This document shows positions 34,617 to 42,010 of a DNA stretch of 42,010 nucleotides, one piece after another. The notes beneath the pieces are model-generated. The model was given only the letters and a program-made list of their open reading frames with translations, did no database searches and was not told where the DNA came from. The translations under genes and the position numbers were made by a program. How positions within the stretch are numbered: position 1 is the stretch's first letter; each line of letters begins with the position of its first letter. Source of the DNA: an uncultured Bacteroidales bacterium (lineage in GTDB: Bacteria; Bacteroidota; Bacteroidia; Bacteroidales; UBA12077); the NCBI GenBank assembly GCA_964345495.1, contig CAYFRV010000001.1, positions 1-42,010 of the forward strand, written 5' to 3'.

Positions 34617-36497
34617 CTAAACGTTATACCTTCTCAGCGATTCCTGGATTCCTTTGTGGATTTCATACCAGAAATTCAGAGCGGCTTCATTTTTATCTTC
34701 ATCAAAAGCTTTAAGCCATTTTGTAAGCTCTTCGTCCTCTACGCCATCGACTTCCTTTTTTCTTTTTAAGAACTGATAAACAAAGTCGATACTTATATCT
34801 GTTTCCCAGAACATAGATGCGTTTCTGCTGTTTATCCGGCTGGCAGTTAGTTGAGTCATTTGCTGGAATTCCTCTTTTTTGTCAAAGAGGTAATCGATAA
34901 TGTCAGGAAGCATATCTTCAGCCCATTTTCTGTGAAAACGGCACATTCCCATATTGTCCATGATAAGTTCCTGTTTAAAACGCTCTGCATTTAATTGGCC
35001 CAGTGTTCTTGGAGGAAGGAAATCGCCTCCGTAATACATGTAATATTTACCCATAATGGCCATTGGCGAAACTACTCCAGGTGTCCAGTACTGATTGGGA
35101 ACCATCCATCCTCTTCTTCCGAAGGCGTTATAAAGAAATTTTTTGGTAAGGTCCTGCTTTTTCTTCATCGAAATTCGATGTGCAAACCTTCGAATGCCCC
35201 TGTGCAAGTCGAGTATGCCTCTTTTTTCAACAATGGCGTTTAACAATTCCACTCCAACATTGGCATTATGCATTGAAGTTTCAACTACATCGAAGTTTTC
35301 AAGATCAAAAATGGGTTTTTGTGAAACTCCGCATTCTTCCGGAGTAAAGCTTCCGTCAATCAATGATTCCATAAGCCAGCTTAAAACACCACCTATTGAA
35401 ATGGCATCAAAGCCATACATATCGGCAGTATGGTTTAGTTTTTCTGCGGCACGTTGATCAAACACACCACAGAGTGGTCCCATGGTTTGATAGGGTTCAT
35501 AATCTTTTTTGTATTCCCCGCGCATTTTTTTACAAACAGCTGCACATGGTTCTCCGCAATTTTTCTGGCTTTTGGTTTTTATTGTTTCTTCATTGAATTG
35601 CTTTAGATAATGGCCTTCAATAAACTCTTCCTGAATTTTTTTGCGTTCTTCTTCAGACATGTAGATGCTTCTGTAGTTAAAGGCCATAAGTTTTCCACCC
35701 ATAGTGGCATAATTCACTCCAAAAGTTCCACCGGTTTGGAATTTAGGTTCAAAACGGTATTTGGTAGTAGCTTCAACGTCTTTTGCAGCCAGTTTCTTTT
35801 CATAGCGGTCCTGAAACCATTTATCCGCCACATTTTTATTGATGAAATCTTCCGTAATGTGTGTTCCACCATAAATAACAGCTGCAATACCATGTTCTTT
35901 GAAAAGTTTTGTTCCTAATCCGCCACGGCCGGCCCATGTGTCTACACTTGTTATTTTTCCTTTTTGAATAGGTACGGAACCAATGGCTCCTATATCACTA
36001 GATTCGGCAGCAGGTCCAACGGCTAATATACGAGGATCGGATTTGTACCTGTCGCTGTAGAGTTCATGGGTATAATCCATTAGTGAATAAACTCCGCCTC
36101 TGCCGGTACGCCATATTTGACGTACGTCTATTGGTTTTATTTCAACTTCAATTTCTTCTTCATGGGTTCTGTTCAGGAACAAAACAGATGGGGTAGAAGC
36201 TTTTCCTATAATAGAGAGTTGGTTGATTCCGAGATTGTCAAAAACCAAACCTGCACCTCCCATTGATGAGATGTAAAAACCGCCCCAACAGGGAGAGAAA
36301 CCAGTGAAAACAAGGCGATTTGCTCCCGGGAATACAGACCCTGCTAGTAAACCTGTTCCAATATTTAAACTGTTATATTTGCCAGATAGATATAGTCCAA
36401 GATCAACCGGGCCAAAAAAACGGCCTACCGGATACCGTTTCATCTTATAGAATCCTGATTCAGCATCAATTAAAAGAGTTTTTAAATTTGTTGCCAT
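34617..36497 (-). CDS. Aldehyde:ferredoxin oxidoreductase (AOR) family protein.
   Basis: 626 aa. It has an AOR_N-like N-terminus (GLLAGSVFPGANRLVFTGFSP...GGAG) and a Cys cluster, CGEPCAAVCKK. Confidence 0.75.
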   Translation of the reverse strand: MATNLKTLLIDAESGFYKMKRYPVGRFFGPVDLGLYLSGKYNSLNIGTGLLAGSVFPGANRLVFTGFSPCWGGFYISSMGGAGLVFDNLGINQLSIIGKASTPSVLFLNRTHEEEIEVEIKPIDVRQIWRTGRGGVYSLMDYTHELYSDRYKSDPRILAVGPAAESSDIGAIGSVPIQKGKITSVDTWAGRGGLGTKLFKEHGIAAVIYGGTHITEDFINKNVADKWFQDRYEKKLAAKDVEATTKYRFEPKFQTGGTFGVNYATMGGKLMAFNYRSIYMSEEERKKIQEEFIEGHYLKQFNEETIKTKSQKNCGEPCAAVCKKMRGEYKKDYEPYQTMGPLCGVFDQRAAEKLNHTADMYGFDAISIGGVLSWLMESLIDGSFTPEECGVSQKPIFDLENFDVVETSMHNANVGVELLNAIVEKRGILDLHRGIRRFAHRISMKKKQDLTKKFLYNAFGRRGWMVPNQYWTPGVVSPMAIMGKYYMYYGGDFLPPRTLGQLNAERFKQELIMDNMGMCRFHRKWAEDMLPDIIDYLFDKKEEFQQMTQLTASRINSRNASMFWETDISIDFVYQFLKRKKEVDGVEDEELTKWLKAFDEDKNEAALNFWYEIHKGIQESLRRYNV

Positions 36498-36525
36498 GTC
36501 TTATATGTTTTTAAGTTCTTATTTG

Positions 36526-36533
36526 CAAAAATA
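36526..36533 (-). promoter_or_regulatory. Candidate -7 box (TAnnTTTG) for the AOR gene.
   Basis: The minus strand reads TATTTTTG, 29 nt upstream of the ATG at 36497. Confidence 0.3.
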
Positions 36534-36605
36534 TGTAATCGCGGAACTCTAAACCTCTTAGCCAGAATTATTCATATTTAATAATTTATGAACAATGCAG
36601 ATTAG

Positions 36606-36676
36606 AATTCAATAAAAATAATGTTTTTTCTAAGAAAAGGCAATAGAGAAAGATTGAGATAATTCAATAAAAATAA
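36606..36676. repeat. Exact 16-nt direct repeat spaced 55 bp apart, upstream of the AOR gene.
   Basis: AATTCAATAAAAATAA occurs at 36606-36621 and again at 36661-36676. Confidence 0.6.
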
Positions 36677-37080
36677 GACAATTTAGCAGTCGAGTCTTTA
36701 ATTTCCTGTGTGAGAATAAATAATTGCATTGAAACAAAATTTATGAAAATTTAGGAACTGGTAATTGTATTTTTTGCAAACGTTGTAAACATAAGTATTT
36801 TCAAGCTAGAAACATACAGGAGCTCTCAGGAATGCGCGCCTTTTTTCTATAGTTTTTATATATTGGGTTTAAACAGAATGGTGTCGTGAAATCAAGATGC
36901 CAGCTAAATCTCCGCTTCCGCAAGCGTCCGCTTGTGAATTCTTTGGCCTCTGCCTTCTTAGCCTTAGCCTCAGCCTCATTTAACAATAGAACAATTATTT
37001 AAACACTAAAACTTTGTAAATAATTTAGTTGTGCGTCCTATGATACGGGATTGTAGGATGAATTTCGGGTATATGCATTT

Positions 37081-39375
37081 TCAACTAATTATTTGATCAA
37101 GAACTTCAATCAGTTTTTTCTCTTCTATAGGTTTTGTAATGTACCCATCAAACTTGTATTTTTTACTTCTTTCTTTTTCTTCTGGCATGGCATAGGCAGT
37201 TTGTGCAATCACAGGTAGTTTGGGTCTGATTGATTTAATTTCCTTTGTTGCTTTATACCCATCTTTTTTTGGAAGTTTCAGATCCATTAAAACCAGGTCA
37301 ATATCTTCATTATTCTGGCATTGTTCTACAGCTTTTTCTCCATCTCCGGCAAACAGAAGGTTGACTTTATGTTTCTTTAAAATTGCACGCATCAGTTCAT
37401 AACTGTTGGGATCATCCTCAACAACCAGAATTTTTTTGTCTTTCAGGTCAATATCAGTGGATTTTGAAGACTCTGTATCTTTTTTATTTGCTGGTTTATA
37501 GGGGAGCGTGACAAAAAACGTAGTTCCTTTATTTTCTTCTGATTCAATCCATATCTTTCCGTTGTATAGTTCTGTAATTCCTTTGCAAATTGCCAGACCC
37601 AGTCCTGTTCCTTTTTGAGCAATCTGCGCATCTGTGTGCTGATGAAAGCGTTGAAAAATCAGTCCTTGTTTTTCTTTTGGAATTCCCACTCCTGTATCTT
37701 TTACATAGAATTTAAGTGTATTTTCGTCTGCGAGCGTGTAGCCAAATGAAACTTCCCCTTCTTTTGTAAACTTTATGGCATTATTGAGCAGGTTTTCTAT
37801 CACCTGCATAAGTCTGACCCGGTCAAGGGTAATCATTGAGTCTTTGTTGCTTAGTTCAGTGTAATATTTAAGAGAAAGATTTTTTTCTGTTATATTTTCA
37901 TTATTTAGATATTGGGTATAAATTTCGTCCATAAGTTTATTCACTGAGAAGTTCTCTTCACTCAGGGTCATTTGTTCAGCCTCAATTTTGGAAATATCGA
38001 GAATGTCATTGATTAGGTGTAATAGTTGTTTGCCATTGTTTGATATGATGGAAGCAAATTTATGTTCTTCTTTTGTTGCTTGTTTTTTCTTTGTGAGCAG
38101 GTAAGAGAAGCCTAAAATTCCATTAAGCGGAGTCCTTATTTCATGTGACATGTTTGCAAGAAATGCACTTTTTAGCTGGTCGCTTTCTTCTGCCTTCTGC
38201 TTGGCGTTGATCAGTTTTTTCTCAAATGTTTTTTGTTTGGTGATATCTGTTTGCGTAATCCATGCACCTGTTAATTTATTATCAGAAAAGATTCCAGTTA
38301 TATTCTTGGTGAAGCAGATTTCTTTTCCATCGATGGTTTTTTCAGTGCTCTCGACATTATTGAGTTCGTAACCGTTTTCAATGAAATTTTTTAAAATGTC
38401 TTTTTTCTGAAATATATTATTATTCGAATGAAATTCCTTCAGGCTTTTTCCTATAACAGATTCAGCTTTTTTAAAGCCATAAACTTTTGCAAAAGCATTG
38501 TTACATTCAGCTATATAGGCGTGATTAACAATGTGATCATAAATGCTTTCGACGTCCAGATTTGTTAGCAATGGAGTGTTAAGTTCTACACGATAAATGC
38601 CTTCATTCGTATTTTCAATAAATGTTCTGTATTTTGCCTCGCTCTCTTCTGCTTTTTTCTTTTCCCGTTTTAGTTCTTCATTTTTTTCTAAAAGCTGATC
38701 ATTGGTTGATATATACTCCTCGTATAAAGCTTCCGCATCGTTTTTGTTTTTTTCTATCTCTTTAATTTTGTTTTTGTATTCTGTAACATTGAATATCACT
38801 ACAACTCCTGCGTACACCTTGCCTTTTTCGTTTATTAGCGGGGAACCTCTCAGCTCAAACCATTTTTCTTCAAACTCGAACTCTTCGTGGACATTTGTGC
38901 GGTTCAATATTTTACGATAATTTTCCTTTAGGAAACTGATCATTTTTTTTGGCAGGGGGAGTTCATTTATATTTTTACCTTCAATTGCCTCAGGTTGTAA
39001 TTCATAATTTTTTATTTGGTTTCCCTGGGCAAGAATAAAATTCATTTTATGATCAAATAAGTATATATCCGTTCGTGGAATATTTGAGAAGAGTGTGTTA
39101 TACCAACGCTCATTGGTGTTTATTTTGTTTATAAGCTCGTTTTTCTTTTTCAATTCATTAAAGATGAGAAAATAAATTATGATTGTTGTGGCGATAACGA
39201 AAAATACTCCTTTAATTGTTTGATAGTTAGTTATAGATTGAAGATCTCTGGAGAGGTATAAGATTAATTGATCAGAGAAAAATATCCATAATGCGCTAAT
39301 AATAAGATAAATAATTCCAATCCTGAAGGCAGAATTATGGCGTAACCAGTAATTAATTTTTCGGAAGTTATTCAT
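37081..39375 (-). CDS. Hybrid sensor histidine kinase/response regulator with TM segments, PAS domains, HisKA, HATPase and a REC domain.
   Basis: 764 aa. It has the H-box [13 protein letters not shown] and the G-box VKDTGVGIP...[10 protein letters not shown]. The C-terminal REC reads ILVVEDDP...[13 protein letters not shown]...ITKP. Confidence 0.9.
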   Translation of the reverse strand: MNNFRKINYWLRHNSAFRIGIIYLIISALWIFFSDQLILYLSRDLQSITNYQTIKGVFFVIATTIIIYFLIFNELKKKNELINKINTNERWYNTLFSNIPRTDIYLFDHKMNFILAQGNQIKNYELQPEAIEGKNINELPLPKKMISFLKENYRKILNRTNVHEEFEFEEKWFELRGSPLINEKGKVYAGVVVIFNVTEYKNKIKEIEKNKNDAEALYEEYISTNDQLLEKNEELKREKKKAEESEAKYRTFIENTNEGIYRVELNTPLLTNLDVESIYDHIVNHAYIAECNNAFAKVYGFKKAESVIGKSLKEFHSNNNIFQKKDILKNFIENGYELNNVESTEKTIDGKEICFTKNITGIFSDNKLTGAWITQTDITKQKTFEKKLINAKQKAEESDQLKSAFLANMSHEIRTPLNGILGFSYLLTKKKQATKEEHKFASIISNNGKQLLHLINDILDISKIEAEQMTLSEENFSVNKLMDEIYTQYLNNENITEKNLSLKYYTELSNKDSMITLDRVRLMQVIENLLNNAIKFTKEGEVSFGYTLADENTLKFYVKDTGVGIPKEKQGLIFQRFHQHTDAQIAQKGTGLGLAICKGITELYNGKIWIESEENKGTTFFVTLPYKPANKKDTESSKSTDIDLKDKKILVVEDDPNSYELMRAILKKHKVNLLFAGDGEKAVEQCQNNEDIDLVLMDLKLPKKDGYKATKEIKSIRPKLPVIAQTAYAMPEEKERSKKYKFDGYITKPIEEKKLIEVLDQIIS

Positions 39376-39503
39376 CTAATATTTTTTACCATTCGTCCTA
39401 ACAAATTGCAATTTAATCAAATAACAGAATATTCCAAAAGAAAATTAAAAATTCCATTAAAAAGGTGGAAAGTAGATATGTCGTGAAATAAAGTGGTTGA
39501 TTT

Positions 39504-40154
39504 TTACCTGTAAAGATGGAAAAACCCTTTTTTCGCTCTGTCTGAATTATTTACCGGGACTACGATATAATAGTAAACCCCTTCCTGTGCATAATTTCCG
39601 GAGGCAAGTTTTCCGTCCCAGTATACTACAGGTGCAATTTTTTCGTATATAAGGTCACCATTCCTTGTATATATCATTAATTTGAGCTTGTTGTCGGAAC
39701 TTCCTGATGATTTTACAACAAAAAGATCGTTTTTTCCATCTCCATCTGGAGTGAAGACATTGGGAACTTCTATGTCACTACTTATTGATATACTGATATT
39801 TGTAAAATAGGAAATTCCTGCGGTGTCATTAATAACTTCCAGAGTTAGGTCGTATGAACCTGAAGACTCAAATTTGTATTTAAAATAAGGTATTGTATCG
39901 TTGTTTGAAATATAAGAATCGTATTGTGGGTCCACAGACATGCCGTCAACTGACCAGTTAAACTCGTAATTCGTTGTGTCTGCTTCGAAATGAAGCGTAT
40001 CACCTGAAGCGATTTTCATTGGGAGTAAAAAATATTCAAATTCAGAAACATACGTACTGTCTTTGATAGCAATCCCGTCAAATTGGGCAAAGCTGTTAAT
40101 TGAAGTGAAGCAGATGAAAATGAATATTGATATAAATGCTTTATTTCGGCTCAT
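39504..40154 (-). CDS. Small secreted protein with a PKD-like domain and a gliding-motility-associated C-terminal domain (T9SS type B sorting domain).
   Basis: 216 aa. It has a signal peptide. The C-terminal hallmark is VPNVFTPDGDGKNDLFVV...WDG...GVYYY. Confidence 0.8.
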   Translation of the reverse strand: MSRNKAFISIFIFICFTSINSFAQFDGIAIKDSTYVSEFEYFLLPMKIASGDTLHFEADTTNYEFNWSVDGMSVDPQYDSYISNNDTIPYFKYKFESSGSYDLTLEVINDTAGISYFTNISISISSDIEVPNVFTPDGDGKNDLFVVKSSGSSDNKLKLMIYTRNGDLIYEKIAPVVYWDGKLASGNYAQEGVYYYIVVPVNNSDRAKKGFFHLYR

Positions 40155-40445
40155 TTAGTAAAATTTATTCACGTAAATATATAAAATTGCAAATTATATA
40201 TTCAAATTTTTCTTTTATTTTTTTAACAAAGAATTTGGATAACCCGAAGGTTCACAGTGTAGAGTCGTTGTTTGTTGTTAATAACTTTTTGATAATCTGT
40301 AAAATAAAGCATTAAGGATGAGCTATTGTTAATGTATTTGTTTCAGTTAAGTTGAATTATTTTTTAGCAATTTAAACTTCATTATTTTCATATCATCAAA
40401 AGACATATTTTAATTTTTTGATAAATCTGGCAAAAACAGAAAATC

Positions 40446-41372
40446 ATGGAAGCATATATTGGGGAAATAGCAGGTTTAGCAGCAGCTTTTTGCTGGACAA
40501 CAACAGCCATGGCATTCGAATCAGCGGGAAAGAAGATCGGTTCGCTTTCAGTAAATTTAATTCGGCTTTTCATGGCGATTTTTTTACTGGGAATTTATAC
40601 CTGGATTTCCAGGGGTTTGTTTTTGCCTGTTGATGCTAGCTTTCATCAGTGGAAATGGCTCATAATTTCCGGTCTTGTTGGATTTTCGCTCGGCGATCTG
40701 TTTTTATTTGAAGCTTATGTACGAATAGGTGCTCGTTTGTCTTCCCTTATTATGTCTTTTACTCCACCAATAGCAGGTATAATCGGCTATTTTGTGATGG
40801 ATGAAAGACTCACATGGTTAAATATTGCCGGTATGGTTGTTACGCTAACAGGTATTGTCCTTGTTATTACTCAACGAAAAAATCGAAATCCTAATCCTTC
40901 AAGAATTGTAGAGAATCCGCCTAAGAAAAAGCGTCTTTCTTATCGGGCGGTTGGTATTATTCTGGCTTTTGGTGGCGCTGCCGGTCAGGCTACGGGATTG
41001 GTTTTGAGTAAATTCGGAATGCAGGACTATGACGCATTTGCTGCCACTCAGATAAGAGTAATTGCCGGAACCATTGGTTTTGCTGTTTTATTTGCTATTC
41101 TTAATCGCTGGAAGAAAGTCTATACAGCACTAAAACATAAAAAAGCCATGACGGGGGTTACTATCGGGGCGTTTTTTGGTCCTTTCCTTGGTGTTGCCAT
41201 GTCTCTTTTGGCTGTACAAAATACACTTACCGGAATTGCATCAACGCTTATGGCGCTTGTTCCTGTTATGATTATTCTGCCCGCTGTGTTTATCTTTGGT
41301 GAAAAAGTAAATGCCCTTGAAATCATAGGTGCTTTTATCGCTTTTGGTGGTGTTGCTTTATTTTTTCTTTAA
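40446..41372 (+). CDS. DMT superfamily transporter (two EamA domains).
   Basis: 308 aa with about 10 TM helices in two halves. The halves are joined by a basic linker (QRKNRNPNPSRIVENPPKKKR). Confidence 0.8.
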   Translation: MEAYIGEIAGLAAAFCWTTTAMAFESAGKKIGSLSVNLIRLFMAIFLLGIYTWISRGLFLPVDASFHQWKWLIISGLVGFSLGDLFLFEAYVRIGARLSSLIMSFTPPIAGIIGYFVMDERLTWLNIAGMVVTLTGIVLVITQRKNRNPNPSRIVENPPKKKRLSYRAVGIILAFGGAAGQATGLVLSKFGMQDYDAFAATQIRVIAGTIGFAVLFAILNRWKKVYTALKHKKAMTGVTIGAFFGPFLGVAMSLLAVQNTLTGIASTLMALVPVMIILPAVFIFGEKVNALEIIGAFIAFGGVALFFL

Positions 41373-41400
41373 TTCATAGTACATTTGTTAAAAAACAGCA

Positions 41401-41901
41401 ATGTATAGACTTGGCTTTATTTTTGGCATCTTATTTCTTATTGGTTGTTCTGTTTCTGAACCCAAAATGAAGGAATTCCAACCTTTAAGCAGCGATATTT
41501 TCTTAAATGAACCTTTTAGTTTTAAACTTGATATTGAAACTTTTGAATCTGAAATGGGCGAAGATTACCGAAAACGGACTTTTATAAGAACCTTGAGCTC
41601 AGACACTACCAGAAAAGATACGATATATAAGTTTGTAAGGAAGAAAAACAGTTTTATTTTTTATCGAACAACAAAAGGCAAATCTTCTTTTCTTTCCGCA
41701 AGAATACGGTATAAAAAGACACTCTTTTCGGGTAATTTTTATCCGGGAATTTCCAGGCAGGAATTAAACCAGGTGTTTACAGATATGGATTTTGATCTTG
41801 ACACATGTAAATTTGATAATGGGAAAAGGCAGGCTGTTTTTATTTTCAACGATAACGACAAATTGCAGGAAGTTCAACTGAATAATTATTACAAACGTTA
41901 G
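41401..41901 (+). CDS. Hypothetical lipoprotein.
   Basis: 166 aa. It has a lipobox, FLIGC. I recognised no family. Confidence 0.5.
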   Translation: MYRLGFIFGILFLIGCSVSEPKMKEFQPLSSDIFLNEPFSFKLDIETFESEMGEDYRKRTFIRTLSSDTTRKDTIYKFVRKKNSFIFYRTTKGKSSFLSARIRYKKTLFSGNFYPGISRQELNQVFTDMDFDLDTCKFDNGKRQAVFIFNDNDKLQEVQLNNYYKR

Positions 41902-42010
41902 GCGTTTTCAGAAGTAGAGGTAACGATTATAATTAACATCAATTTTCTAATAAGTTGGCAGTCGGCAGTGGCAGAAAGCAGCGGAAACATACGGCATATA
42001 ATGGCTGAGT
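41899..42010. repeat. Copy of the MITE-like element, cut by the window edge.
   Basis: The order is TA|GGCGTTTTCAGAAGTAGAGG (41899-41920), the head TAACGATTATAATTAACATCAATTTTCTAATAAG, the low-complexity TTGGCAGTCGGCAGTGGCAGAAAGCAGCGG and then ACGGCATATAA. It is homologous to the reverse complement of 16920-17018. Confidence 0.65.

Noticed and set aside
36801-36986. A 61-aa ORF (MLNEAEAKAKKAEAKE...) in the intergenic region.
   Set aside because: Its N-terminus is a translation of the GCCTNAGCCT low-complexity repeat. I saw no ribosome-binding context or recognisable domain. It is probably non-coding.
40388-40633. Small ORFs overlapping the start of the DMT transporter gene.
   Set aside because: They overlap a confident EamA-type gene and have no supporting motifs.
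1-42010. Defence island, prophage or integrative element content.
   Set aside because: I recognised no integrase, transposase, restriction-modification, toxin-antitoxin, Cas, retron or phage structural motifs. Composition appears uniformly AT-rich across the window.

Overview
This is an AT-rich chromosomal segment that looks like a Bacteroidota genome. The hallmarks are a T9SS type-B (CHU_C) C-terminal sorting domain, two ECF sigma factors, TAnnTTTG-type -7 boxes, an LptF/G permease and a split transketolase. I call 38 protein-coding genes, nearly all core metabolism, envelope or signalling: rsmG, ECF sigma, GT2, tgt, LptF/G, an acyl-CoA carboxyltransferase with a biotin carrier, REC-PAS-LuxR, a CheW-like protein, yaaA, a nitroreductase, SOD, MATE, DUF1858, FIST, PAS-SpoIIE, hldD, a PTPS/QueD-family enzyme, folE, fabD, OsmC, a penicillin-acylase-family hydrolase, an ECF sigma/anti-sigma/periplasmic trio, transketolase halves separated by mgsA and a VWA protein, ychF, an AlkP-family enzyme, an S8 peptidase, an OMP-like protein, sugE, an AOR-family oxidoreductase, a hybrid sensor kinase, a T9SS cargo protein, a DMT transporter and a lipoprotein. 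I saw no rRNA, tRNA, CRISPR array, transposase, integrase, phage gene or recognisable defence gene. The main signal that genes do not explain is a family of modular, imperfectly palindromic, MITE-like intergenic elements. Their terminus consensus is TA|GGCAAATTCAGAAGTAGAGG, followed by a conserved head of about 35 nt and then variable low-complexity arms. Clear copies lie at five gene junctions (both window edges, 9253-9745, 16749-17020, 20162-20410), with a possible degenerate relic at 36800-36990. Every copy sits at a gene 3' end, and three times the TA flank plus the terminal G forms a TAG stop codon. Secondary observations are an orphan CheW-like gene beside a REC-PAS-LuxR regulator, a FIST + PAS-PP2C pair, a seven-gene co-directional cluster with an interrupted split transketolase, and a GC-rich structured island upstream of tgt. 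All functional calls rest on motif recognition by eye. No database searches were run.
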